Positions 7,408 through 17,721 are shown, counted from the first letter of the stretch. The stretch is DNA of 24,000 nt from Pseudomonadota bacterium (GCA_040385305.1 JAZKHR010000022.1:1-24000), one strand, 5' to 3'. Notes: a model not told the origin generated them from the letters alone. Made by a program: numbers and translations.

Positions 7408-8664
7408 ATGGAACTCACCCGCAAATTGCAGGTCCTCGCCGATGCGGCGAAATACGACGCCTCGTGCGCGTCCAGTGGCGCCGACAAGCGCAATTCAAGC
7501 AAGACCGGCGGCATCGGCAGCACCGAGGGCATGGGCATCTGCCACAGCTACACGCCGGATGGCCGTTGCGTCAGCCTGCTCAAGATCCTGCTGACGAATT
7601 TCTGCATCTTCGACTGCGCCTACTGTGTCAACAGGGTGTCCAGCAACGTGCAGCGCGCGCGCTTCACGCCCGAAGAAGTGGTGCGGCTGACCATGGACTT
7701 CTACAAGCGCAACTACATCGAGGGCCTGTTCCTCTCCAGCGGCATCATCCGCAATAGCGACTACACCATGGAGCAGCTGGTGCAGGTCGCCCGCAGCCTG
7801 CGCGAAGACCACAAGTTCGCCGGCTATATCCACCTCAAGACCATTCCCGATGCCGCGCCCGAACTGCTCGCGGCCGCCGGCAAGTACGCAGACCGCCTCA
7901 GCATCAACGTGGAGTTGCCGACCGAAGCCGGTCTGGCCAAATTCGCGCCGGAGAAGACCCTGCCTGGCATCCGCGGGGCGATGGGCGAACTGCGCTGGCG
8001 CATCGAGGAAGCCAAGGAGGCGCGCCGCGCGACACCCGCGACCGGCACACGCAAGGCGAAGCCGCCGCGCTTCGCGCCCGCTGGTCAAAGCACGCAGATG
8101 ATCGTGGGCGCCGATGGCGCCAGCGACCGCGAGATCCTGCGCGCCAGCGACAACCTGTATGGCAATTACCGGTTGCGGCGCGTGTACTACTCCGCCTTCA
8201 GCCCCATCCCGGATGCCTCCACGCACCTGCCTTTGGTTGCGCCACCGCTGCAGCGCGAACACCGGCTGTACCAGGCCGACTGGCTCCTGCGCTTCTACGA
8301 ATTCAAGGTGGAGGAAATCGCCAGCGACAGCGCCGACGGCATGCTGGATCTCGACATCGATCCAAAGCTGGCGTGGGCGCTGCGCAATCCCGACGCCTTC
8401 CCGGTTGACCTCAACAAGGCGCCCAAGGAAAAGCTGCTGCGTGTGCCGGGCCTTGGCACGCGCAACGTCAAGCGCGTGCTGATGGCGCGCCGCCACGGCG
8501 GGCTGCGGATTGCCGACATGGCCCGCCTGCGCGCACCCATCGCCAAGCTGCTGCCCTTCGTGCAGCTGCTGGACCACCATCCGCGCCAGCGCCTGGACGA
8601 TCCGGTGGCGCTGCGCGCCCAGCTGGCGCCGAAGCCGCGGCAGGCGGACCTGTTCGCCGCGTGA
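7408..8664 (+). CDS. Putative DNA modification/repair radical SAM protein
   Basis: CxxxCxxC cluster motif CIFDCAYC (7603-7626). The N-terminus is MELTRKLQVLADAAKYDASCASSG. A C-terminal helix-hairpin-helix-like segment LLRVPGLGTRNVKRVL lies at about 8434-8481. The product is 418 aa. It is followed after 10 nt by the DUF4130-UDG gene, which matches the known conserved pairing of this radical SAM family. Confidence 0.85.
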   Translation: MELTRKLQVLADAAKYDASCASSGADKRNSSKTGGIGSTEGMGICHSYTPDGRCVSLLKILLTNFCIFDCAYCVNRVSSNVQRARFTPEEVVRLTMDFYKRNYIEGLFLSSGIIRNSDYTMEQLVQVARSLREDHKFAGYIHLKTIPDAAPELLAAAGKYADRLSINVELPTEAGLAKFAPEKTLPGIRGAMGELRWRIEEAKEARRATPATGTRKAKPPRFAPAGQSTQMIVGADGASDREILRASDNLYGNYRLRRVYYSAFSPIPDASTHLPLVAPPLQREHRLYQADWLLRFYEFKVEEIASDSADGMLDLDIDPKLAWALRNPDAFPVDLNKAPKEKLLRVPGLGTRNVKRVLMARRHGGLRIADMARLRAPIAKLLPFVQLLDHHPRQRLDDPVALRAQLAPKPRQADLFAA

Positions 8665-8674
8665 GACCGCTTCG

Positions 8675-10099
8675 ATGAGCCGATGGTCGGCGGCCGTTGA
8701 CCCGCCGTGGGATCTGCAAGCGTGGCGTGGCTTGGCGCGCGCGGCGCTCTGTGCGGAAGTCGCGCCGCACGACATCGACTGGACCGGCGCGGATCAAGGC
8801 AGCCTGCTGGGGTTGCCTGCGGTCGCCAACGCGCCCGTCCTGCATGCCTCGCCGCGCGTGCCTGCGACGCTGCTGCAACTCGCGGACAGCGTGCTCTGCC
8901 ATCGCGATCCCGGCGGCGCAGGCCTGCTGTATCGCCTGCTGTGGCGCACCACCCACGGCGAGCCGCGCGTGCTTGGCAATCCGGCGGATCCGGACACCCA
9001 TCGCGCCCATGCGCTGGCCCAGGCCGTGCGCCGCGACAGCCACAAGATGAAGGCGTTCGTGCGCTTCCGCGAAGTACCGGGGCAGGAAGACCATTTCGTG
9101 GCGTGGTTCGAGCCGGAACACTTCATCGTCGACCGGGTGGCGCCGTTCTTCGCCCGCCGCTTCGCGGGCATGCATTGGGCGATCCTGACGCCGTATCGCA
9201 GTGCCGCATGGGATCGCGAGGCGCTGGTGTTCGGTGCAGGCGCGGACCGCAGCCAGGCGCCGACAGAAGATGCCGGCGAAGACCTGTGGCGCACCTACTA
9301 CGCCAACATCTTCAACCCGGCGCGGATCAACCCGCGGATGATGCGCCAGGAGATGCCGCAGCGTTACTGGAAGCATCTGCCGGAAGCGCAGCTGATCCCC
9401 GGCCTGTTGCGCGATGCCGGTGCCCGCGTGGCGGCGATGGATGCACGGCCGGCCGAGCCCGCGCGGCGCCGCATTCCGGCACCGCTTCCCGATCCAGCAC
9501 CCGCGCTGCTGCATGGCCTGCCCGCGCTGCGCACTGCCGCGCGCGAATGCCGCGCCTGTCCGCTGTGGGAACCGGCCACGCAGACCGTATTCGGCGAAGG
9601 GCCGCAGGATGCCCGCATCATGCTGGTGGGCGAACAACCCGGCGATGCCGAAGACTTGAGCGGGCGGCCGTTCGTGGGACCGGCGGGCAAGTTGCTGGAC
9701 CAGGCGCTGGCACAGGCCGGCATCGCGCGAGACGCGCTGTACCTCACCAACGCGGTCAAGCATTTCCGCTTCGAGCAACGCGGCAAGCGGCGACTGCATC
9801 GCAACCCGGATGCAGCGCATGTGTTGGCCTGCAGTACCTGGCTGGCGCAGGAAACCGCCATCGTGCAGCCGCGCGCCATCGTGTGCCTGGGCGCCACCGC
9901 TGCACGCGCCGTGTTCGGGCCTGGCTTTGCGCTGATGCAGGAACGCGGCCGCTGGCGCACCCGCGACGACGGCACGCGCGCCATGGCCACCGTGCATCCC
10001 GCATGGGTCCTGCGCCAGACGGGAGAGGCCCGCGAGGCCGGCTACCGCCTGCTGGTCGCGGACCTTGCCCTGCTGCGTGAAACAGACGCGGCGCCCTGA
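8675..10099 (+). CDS. DUF4130 (probable DNA metabolism protein) fused to a UdgX-like family-4 uracil-DNA glycosylase domain
   Basis: The N-terminal half has DUF4130-like signatures (HKMKAFVRFREV..HFVAWFEPEHFIVDRVAPFFARRFAGMHWAILTP). The C-terminal half has ECRACPLW (Fe-S Cys pair), motif A IMLVGEQPGDAEDLSGRPFVGPAGKLL (GEQPGD at 9629-9646), the insertion GKRRLH (KRRLH at 9785-9799) and motif B ATVHPAWVLR. I chose start ATG 8675, 10 nt after the radical SAM stop. The 8510 start in the ORF track would overlap the radical SAM gene by 155 nt. Confidence 0.85.
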   Translation: MSRWSAAVDPPWDLQAWRGLARAALCAEVAPHDIDWTGADQGSLLGLPAVANAPVLHASPRVPATLLQLADSVLCHRDPGGAGLLYRLLWRTTHGEPRVLGNPADPDTHRAHALAQAVRRDSHKMKAFVRFREVPGQEDHFVAWFEPEHFIVDRVAPFFARRFAGMHWAILTPYRSAAWDREALVFGAGADRSQAPTEDAGEDLWRTYYANIFNPARINPRMMRQEMPQRYWKHLPEAQLIPGLLRDAGARVAAMDARPAEPARRRIPAPLPDPAPALLHGLPALRTAARECRACPLWEPATQTVFGEGPQDARIMLVGEQPGDAEDLSGRPFVGPAGKLLDQALAQAGIARDALYLTNAVKHFRFEQRGKRRLHRNPDAAHVLACSTWLAQETAIVQPRAIVCLGATAARAVFGPGFALMQERGRWRTRDDGTRAMATVHPAWVLRQTGEAREAGYRLLVADLALLRETDAAP

Positions 10100-10110
10100 G
10101 GCGCCGCGTC
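10085..10110. terminator. GC hairpin between the convergent UDG-fusion gene and katE
   Basis: Perfect 11-bp stem GACGCGGCGCC (10085-10095) / GGCGCCGCGTC (10100-10110) with loop CTGA. The loop contains the TGA stop of the upstream gene. There is no U-tract on either side, so intrinsic termination is uncertain. Confidence 0.4.
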
Positions 10111-10132
10111 GCGTTGCATCGAGATGTCCTGC

Positions 10133-12220
<2,088 letters not shown>

Positions 12221-12255
12221 GATGTTTCCTCTAGGTGTGTTCCCGGCAGGGCCGG

Positions 12256-12858
12256 TCAAAGCATTTCGCTGCGGGCCTGCTCGGCGCGGCTGGCGCCAAT
12301 CGCGGTTTCAACGTTCCTCTTCTCCTCGGGCGGCGGCAGGACGGCCGGCATGCCCAGGCTCTCGATCCACAGCTCCCGGCACCAGCCGGCGTTGTGGTAG
12401 AGGTGGTGATCCTCGTCTTCCTCGACTTCCTCGTGCGCGGCCTTCAGCGCCTTGCCGTCCGCCCCCGTGGCCGTCTCGGCGACGCGACCGAGCAGTTCCC
12501 AATTGCTGTGGTCCTTGGTTTCGGCCAGCAGCACGCATTCGCAGGCCACCAGCTGGGCACCTGCCTTGTCGGCCTTGGCCTTGGCCAACTCCATCGCCTG
12601 CACCAGGGACTTGCCGTTGTGGGCGACCACCTCGCGACCCGGCGTGCTCGCGTTCGGATCCAGGCCAAAATGGGCGAAGAGTCCCAGCACGACCTCCTGG
12701 TGGTGGCGGGTCTCTTCCAGGTATTCCTGCCATTCCTTCTTCAGGTCGGCGTTGACGGCGCAGCTGATGGCGGTGATGTATATCTGCTCGCCGCCGAGTT
12801 CGGTCTCGAGCATCTGGTACAACAGTTCAACCAGCTGTGCCTTGTCATAAGTGGCCAT
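12256..12858 (-). CDS. Ferritin-like/four-helix-bundle di-iron-type domain protein, co-oriented with katE
   Basis: The product is 200 aa from ATG 12858, with GGAG 9 nt upstream. Paired acidic/His motifs (LETELGGEQIY, YLEETRHHQ, ECVLLAETKDH, EEVEEDEDHHLYH) are spaced as in ferritin-like bundles. Its stop lies 35 nt upstream of the katE start. The family assignment is by pattern only. Confidence 0.6.
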   Translation of the reverse strand: MATYDKAQLVELLYQMLETELGGEQIYITAISCAVNADLKKEWQEYLEETRHHQEVVLGLFAHFGLDPNASTPGREVVAHNGKSLVQAMELAKAKADKAGAQLVACECVLLAETKDHSNWELLGRVAETATGADGKALKAAHEEVEEDEDHHLYHNAGWCRELWIESLGMPAVLPPPEEKRNVETAIGASRAEQARSEML

Positions 12859-12960
12859 CTGCGCGCTCCATGCGTTTGGGGTGGGAAACCCCTCTACCCT
12901 GCGCCCGGGAGCGTGAAAAGTGCGTGGCTGTAGCGCCTCCTTCCCAACTTCCGGTGTCGC

Positions 12961-14166
12961 ATGGACCTCAAGAGTGGTTACCCGTTCTGGGCTGTCAAGA
13001 ATGGCCTGATGCAGGCCTTCCCGAAGCTGGAAGACGACGTGAAATGCGACGTCGCGATCATCGGCGCCGGCATCACCGGCGCACTGATCGCGGATGAACT
13101 TGCCGGCCACGGCCACGAGGTCTGCGTGCTCGACCAGCGCGACGTCGGTTGGGGCAGCACCAGCGCCAGCACAGCGCTGCTGCAGTACGAGATCGACACC
13201 CACATGGTCGACCTGGCCAAGGACTACGGGGAGGCCGATGCCGTCCTCGCCTACCGGGCCTGCGCCGATGCCATCGACCTGCTGGCCGGGAAAGCCGCCG
13301 AAGTCCGCGATGTCGATTTCGCCCGCATGCGCAGCCTGTACTACGCCAGCAAGCGCAGGCATCGCAGCGACCTTGCGGAGGAATTCGCGATGCGCTCGCG
13401 CCACGGGTTCGCGGTCGAATGGCTGGAGCCGCAACAGGTGCGCGAGGCCTACGGTTTCGACGCGCCCTGCGCGATCCTCAGCGAGAAGGCAGCGCGCATC
13501 GATCCATATCGCATGGCCCATCGCCTGCTGGAGCGATGGCAGCGTGCCGGCGTCCATGTGCATGACCGCACGCCGGTGACCCGCATCGCCGCCAATGCGA
13601 GGGGCGTCGAGCTGGAAACCGCCGGCGGCGCCCGTATCCGCGCCAGATACCTGGTGATGGCTGCGGGCTACGCCGGCCAGAAGTTCCTGCGCAAGGACGT
13701 GGCCAAGAACCGCAGCAGCTACGCCTTCATCACCGATCCCATCAACCCCGCCCTGCTCGGTCCGCTCAACGACACCATGGTCTGGGAATCAGCGCGGCCA
13801 TACCTGTACATGCGCACCACCGGCGACGGCCGCCTGCTGATCGGCGGCGAGGACGACAACATCGACATCGCGTCCAAGCGCGATGCCCAGGTGGACGCCA
13901 AGGCCCGCAAGCTGGCCAAGCAGGTGTCCAAGCTGTTCCCGCACCTGCCGGTGGAGCCTGCGTTCGCGTGGGCCGGCACCTTCGCCGAGACCAAGGACGG
14001 CCTGCCGTGGTTCGGTGCCCACAAGCAACACGGGCCCCGGGTGCTGTTCGCGATGGCCTACGGCGGCAACGGGATTTCCTATTCCATGCTCGGCGCGGGC
14101 CTGCTGCGGGCGGCGATCGAACGTCGCAAGCATCCGCTCGCCCGCCTGTTCGGCTTCGAACGCTGA
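12961..14166 (+). CDS. FAD-dependent oxidoreductase (DAO/glycine-oxidase-like family)
   Basis: N-terminal Rossmann dinucleotide fold CDVAIIGAGITGALIADELAGHGHEVCVLDQ. The product is 401 aa, and the C-terminal GGNGISYS segment is typical of DAO-family enzymes. The substrate cannot be inferred. Confidence 0.8.
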   Translation: MDLKSGYPFWAVKNGLMQAFPKLEDDVKCDVAIIGAGITGALIADELAGHGHEVCVLDQRDVGWGSTSASTALLQYEIDTHMVDLAKDYGEADAVLAYRACADAIDLLAGKAAEVRDVDFARMRSLYYASKRRHRSDLAEEFAMRSRHGFAVEWLEPQQVREAYGFDAPCAILSEKAARIDPYRMAHRLLERWQRAGVHVHDRTPVTRIAANARGVELETAGGARIRARYLVMAAGYAGQKFLRKDVAKNRSSYAFITDPINPALLGPLNDTMVWESARPYLYMRTTGDGRLLIGGEDDNIDIASKRDAQVDAKARKLAKQVSKLFPHLPVEPAFAWAGTFAETKDGLPWFGAHKQHGPRVLFAMAYGGNGISYSMLGAGLLRAAIERRKHPLARLFGFER

Positions 14167-14225
14167 CCTGCGCGCCGCATTCACGTCCTGAGCCCTACCC
14201 TGCGCGCCCCTGACGGAGCCACCCG

Positions 14226-15908
14226 ATGACCGACGCCGCCGCCCCTTCCGGCCTGGCCCGTACTGCCCAGATCGTGCGGTTCCTGCTCAAGTACCGCAAC
14301 GCCGGCGTGTTCTCGGGCCTGGACGTGGACGCCTCCCAGGCCGATCCGGGCAGCGTGGTGGTGGAAGGCCGGCCTGAGGAATTCGTGGCCGACCTGGAAG
14401 CATTGGGTCCTACCTTCATCAAGATCGGACAGGCGCTCTCCACGCGGCCGGACATGGTGCCGCCCGCGTACCTGGTCGCGCTCGAGCGGATGCAGAACGA
14501 CGTCGCGCCGGTGCCCTTCGAGGACATCCGCGCGGTGGCCGAGGAGGAGTTGGGTTTCAAGCTTGGCAAGCTCTTCTCGGAATTCGAGGAGACATCGATG
14601 GGCGGCGCCTCGCTGGCGCAGGTGCATCGCGCGCGCCTGCGCGATGGCCGGCAGGTGGCGGTCAAGATCCAGCGGCCGGACATCGTGGAGAACATCCATG
14701 CAGACCTGGATGCGCTGGCCTCCCTGGCGGACAAGGCCGACCGCTACACGGACGTGGGTCGCCGCACCCAGTTCTCCGAATGGGTCCACGAATTCCGCAA
14801 GAGCCTGCTCGCGGAGCTCGACTATCGGGTCGAGGCCGAGAACCTGGAGCGCTTCAACCAGCATTTCACCGCCTACCCCGAGCTGTTCGTGCCACAGCCG
14901 ATCTGGGACCTGACCCGCCGACGGGTGTTGACCATGGAGCTGGTGGACGGCGTCAAGGCCACCGACATCACCGGCCTGCGCCGCACCGAGCAATCGCTGG
15001 CGCCGCTGGCCGAGGCCGTGATGCGCGGCTACCTGGACCAGACCTTCGTGCATGGCGAGATCCACGCGGATCCGCACCCGGGCAACCTGCTGGTGACCAA
15101 CGACGGCCGCATCGCGCTGCTGGACCTCGGCATGGTCGCCCACGTGCCGCCACGCCAGCGCGAGCGCCTGCTCAAGCTGCTGTTCGCCGCGGTCGACGGG
15201 CGCGGGGAAGAGGTGGCGATGGAGGCCATCGGCATGAGCACGCAACTGGCGGAGTTCGACGAGGGGCACTACATCCGCGAAGTCGGGCAGATGGTGGCGC
15301 GTTACGCGGCGCGTTCCGGCAGCCGGGCGACATCGGAAGGCCGCCTCGTCCTGGACCTGACCCTGCTGGGCGCCAACTGCGGCCTGCGCACGCCGCCGGA
15401 ACTGAGCCTGCTTGGCAAGACCCTGCTCAACCTGGAAGCGGTAAGCACGGCGCTGGACCCGAACATGGACGTCAAGGCGGTGGTCGAGGATCACCTTGAA
15501 AGCGTCATGCGCGATCGCCTGAAAAAGTCGTTCTCGCCCGCGCGGCTGGCCAGCGAGGCGATGGAAGTGCAGGCACTGGTGCGCGAAGCCCCGCGCAAGC
15601 TGTCGGATATCCTCTCGCTGGTGGCAGAAAATCGCCTGCAGGTGCGGGTGGCCGGGCTGGATGATTCGCAGCTGATGGAAAACGTGCAGAAGATCGCCAA
15701 CCGCATCAGCACCGGCATCATCATCGCCTCGCTGGTCCTGTCTTCCGCGCTGCTGATGCGGCTGGAAGGTGGTCCGAGGCTGCTTGGCTATCCTGCGCTG
15801 GCCTTGGTTCTTTTCAGCATCGCGGCCGTGCTGGCGCTCGGCATCGTGGTCAGCGCCATGCTGCGGGACCACCGCGCGCGCCCGCAGGAAACCCGCGGCC
15901 CGCGCTGA
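14226..15908 (+). CDS. ABC1/UbiB-family atypical protein kinase (paralog outside a ubiE-ubiJ-ubiB context)
   Basis: ABC1 signatures FIKIGQALSTRPDMVPPAYLVALERMQNDV, ASLAQVHRARLRDGRQVAVKIQRP and HADPHPGNLLV. Two C-terminal hydrophobic helices are present (ISTGIIIASLVLSSALLM, LALVLFSIAAVLALGIVVSAML). GGAG lies 7 nt upstream of the ATG. The product is 560 aa. Confidence 0.88.
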   Translation: MTDAAAPSGLARTAQIVRFLLKYRNAGVFSGLDVDASQADPGSVVVEGRPEEFVADLEALGPTFIKIGQALSTRPDMVPPAYLVALERMQNDVAPVPFEDIRAVAEEELGFKLGKLFSEFEETSMGGASLAQVHRARLRDGRQVAVKIQRPDIVENIHADLDALASLADKADRYTDVGRRTQFSEWVHEFRKSLLAELDYRVEAENLERFNQHFTAYPELFVPQPIWDLTRRRVLTMELVDGVKATDITGLRRTEQSLAPLAEAVMRGYLDQTFVHGEIHADPHPGNLLVTNDGRIALLDLGMVAHVPPRQRERLLKLLFAAVDGRGEEVAMEAIGMSTQLAEFDEGHYIREVGQMVARYAARSGSRATSEGRLVLDLTLLGANCGLRTPPELSLLGKTLLNLEAVSTALDPNMDVKAVVEDHLESVMRDRLKKSFSPARLASEAMEVQALVREAPRKLSDILSLVAENRLQVRVAGLDDSQLMENVQKIANRISTGIIIASLVLSSALLMRLEGGPRLLGYPALALVLFSIAAVLALGIVVSAMLRDHRARPQETRGPR

Positions 15909-15933
15909 GTCCCAAGCCCGCATCGGCTAGAAT
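15905..15933 (+). promoter_or_regulatory. Candidate sigma70-type promoter for pyrH
   Basis: CTGAGT (15905-15910), N17, TAGAAT (15928-15933), 38 nt upstream of the pyrH ATG. The -35 is weak. This is a pattern match only. Confidence 0.25.
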
Positions 15934-15971
15934 TCAGCGGCTGTCCACGCTTGCCACCGCCGGAGTTCCCC

Positions 15972-16694
15972 ATGTCGAAACTCGCCTATCGCCGCGTCCT
16001 GTTGAAGCTGTCCGGCGAAGCTCTGATGGGCGACGAGGACTACGGCATCGATCCGAAAGTCATCGGTCGACTGGCGCAGGAAGTGGTCGAAGCGCGCGAC
16101 GCCGGCACCGAAATCGCCCTGGTGGTCGGCGGTGGCAACATCTTTCGTGGTGCCGGGCTTGCAGCGGGCGGCATGGATCGGGTCACTGGCGATCACATGG
16201 GCATGCTGGCCACGGTGATCAACGCACTGGCCATGCAGGACGCGCTGGAGAAAGTGGGCGCCAAGGCGCGGGTGATGAGCGCGATCAAGATCAACGACGT
16301 GTGCGAGGACTACATCCGCCGCCGCGCCATCCGCCACCTGGAGAAGGGGCGCATCGCGATCTTCGCCGCAGGCACCGGCAATCCGTTCTTCACCACGGAT
16401 TCCGGGGCCGCGCTGCGCGCGATCGAGATCGGCGCCGACCTGCTGCTCAAGGCAACCAAGGTCGATGGCGTGTATGACAAGGATCCGAAGAAGCACGCGG
16501 ACGCGGTTCGCTACGAACGCCTGAGCTACGACCAGGTGATCGCCCGCGACCTGCAGGTGATGGACACCGCGGCCTTCGCGCTGGCGCGCGACAGCGACCT
16601 GCCCCTGCGCATCTTCGACATGGCCCAGCCGGGCACCCTGCTGCGCATCCTGCGCGGCGAGGAGATCGGCACGCTGGTCCAAGGGCGCGACTGA
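15972..16694 (+). CDS. pyrH: UMP kinase
   Basis: [28 protein letters not shown]...[10 protein letters not shown]...[15 protein letters not shown] is canonical PyrH. GGAG lies 7 nt upstream of ATG 15972. The product is 240 aa. Confidence 0.96.
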   Translation: MSKLAYRRVLLKLSGEALMGDEDYGIDPKVIGRLAQEVVEARDAGTEIALVVGGGNIFRGAGLAAGGMDRVTGDHMGMLATVINALAMQDALEKVGAKARVMSAIKINDVCEDYIRRRAIRHLEKGRIAIFAAGTGNPFFTTDSGAALRAIEIGADLLLKATKVDGVYDKDPKKHADAVRYERLSYDQVIARDLQVMDTAAFALARDSDLPLRIFDMAQPGTLLRILRGEEIGTLVQGRD

Positions 16695-16700
16695 CGCGGG

Positions 16701-17720
16701 ATGGGCGCCGGTCACGCCCATGGGCATGACGCCACGCGCGCATTCGCGTTGGCGACCCTGATCAATCTCGCCTACACCTTGCTTGAAGCCGGTTACGGCT
16801 TCGCCACCAATTCCCTGGCGCTGCTGTCCGATGCGCTGCACAACTTCGGCGACGTGTTGGGCCTTGGCCTTGCGTGGGGCGCCGCGGTCATCGCCAAGCG
16901 CATGCCGACCGAGCGCCACACTTATGGCTGGCGGCGCGCAACCCTGCTCTCGCCGCTGGCCAATGCGTCGCTGCTGGTCGGGTTTTCCGGCGCACTGGCA
17001 TGGGAGGCGGTGCGTCGCTTCGATGCCCCGCCGCAGGTGCCGGGGATGACGGTGATGGTGGTGGCGGCGATTGGCATCGCCATCAACCTCGGCGCGGCCT
17101 GGCTGATGCGTGGGGGCCACGCCCAGGACCTCAATCGTCGCGGCGCGTACCTGCACCTGGTCGCCGATGCCGCGGTGTCGCTGGTGGCGGTGCTGGCCGG
17201 CGCCGGGCTCTGGCTGCTGGGCTGGTCCTGGCTGGACCCGGCCACCGCGTTGCTGGTCGCGGTCGTGGTCGCGGTGGGCTCGTTCGGCTTGCTGCGCGAC
17301 GCGTTCAACGCGGCGATGGACGCAGTGCCGCGCGGCATCGACCAGCAGCAGGTGCGCGACTGGTTGCTGCAACAGCCGGGCGTGTCGGCCCTGCATCATC
17401 TGCATATCTGGTCGCTTGGCGCCGGCGAGATCGCGTTGACCGCCCACTTGGTGCGTGCCGAGGACAGCGACCACGACGCCATCATCGACCGCATCAGCGC
17501 CGGCCTGGACGCGCGCTTCGGCATCAACCACCCGACCCTGCAGGTCGAACGGGGCAGCAACTGCGAACACGACTGCGATGATCGCGCGCCGCATGGGCAG
17601 CCGTCCCCCGCGCACCCGCCGCGCCAGCGTGACGATGGACGTTCCCACCATGTCGACGACGCGGCGAGCCACGCCCATGCTGGGCCCGGGGAACCGTCTG
17701 CCGCGCCGCCTCGCTTATAA
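16701..17720 (+). CDS. Cation diffusion facilitator (CzcD/ZitB-type) divalent metal efflux transporter
   Basis: CDF signatures: TM2 SLALLSDALHNFGDV and TM5 HLVADAAVSL (HxxxD pairs), six predicted TM segments, a His-rich N-terminus (GAGHAHGHD) and a His-rich C-terminal tail. The product is 339 aa. It starts 6 nt after the pyrH stop. Confidence 0.85.
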   Translation: MGAGHAHGHDATRAFALATLINLAYTLLEAGYGFATNSLALLSDALHNFGDVLGLGLAWGAAVIAKRMPTERHTYGWRRATLLSPLANASLLVGFSGALAWEAVRRFDAPPQVPGMTVMVVAAIGIAINLGAAWLMRGGHAQDLNRRGAYLHLVADAAVSLVAVLAGAGLWLLGWSWLDPATALLVAVVVAVGSFGLLRDAFNAAMDAVPRGIDQQQVRDWLLQQPGVSALHHLHIWSLGAGEIALTAHLVRAEDSDHDAIIDRISAGLDARFGINHPTLQVERGSNCEHDCDDRAPHGQPSPAHPPRQRDDGRSHHVDDAASHAHAGPGEPSAAPPRL

Positions 17721-17721
17721 T
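17716..17721 (+). promoter_or_regulatory. Perfect TATAAT hexamer, candidate -10 element for frr
   Basis: TATAAT at 17716-17721 overlaps the CDF stop codon TAA (17718-17720) and lies 33 nt upstream of the frr ATG. A perfect AT-only hexamer stands out in about 70% GC DNA. No convincing -35 is present (ACCGTC at 17-nt spacing). Confidence 0.3.

Noticed and set aside
7495-9997. Minus-strand ORFs of 426 aa (7495-8775) and 509 aa (8468-9997) antisense to the radical SAM and UDG-fusion genes
   Set aside because: They are shadow ORFs with no recognisable domains. The + strand frames contain the CxxxCxxC, HhH, DUF4130-like and UDG motifs.
12894-12904. The 11-mer CTACCCTGCGC is shared by the intergenic regions at 12894-12904 and 14195-14205. 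It could be a common operator or a REP-like element.
   Set aside because: An 11-nt match within 24 kb of biased-composition DNA is expected by chance many times over. The flanks do not align and neither copy is palindromic.
12859-13563. The N-terminal 235-aa extension of the 12256-13563 minus-strand ORF upstream of the ferritin-like protein
   Set aside because: The extension is antisense to the FAD oxidoreductase gene, whose Rossmann fold lies at 13050-13140, and has no protein-like features. An internal ATG at 12858 with a GGAG RBS gives a compact 200-aa ferritin-like protein.
14181-15923. A 580-aa minus-strand ORF antisense to the ABC1 kinase gene
   Set aside because: It is a shadow ORF. 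Its composition is dominated by R/G/A/H/Q and it shows no domain signatures, whereas the + strand frame has clear ABC1 motifs and a good RBS.
15927-17678. A 583-aa minus-strand ORF spanning pyrH and the CDF gene in antisense
   Set aside because: It would have to overlap two well-supported genes completely. Its sequence is low in complexity and Arg/Ala/Gly/Gln-rich, which is typical of a high-GC artefact.
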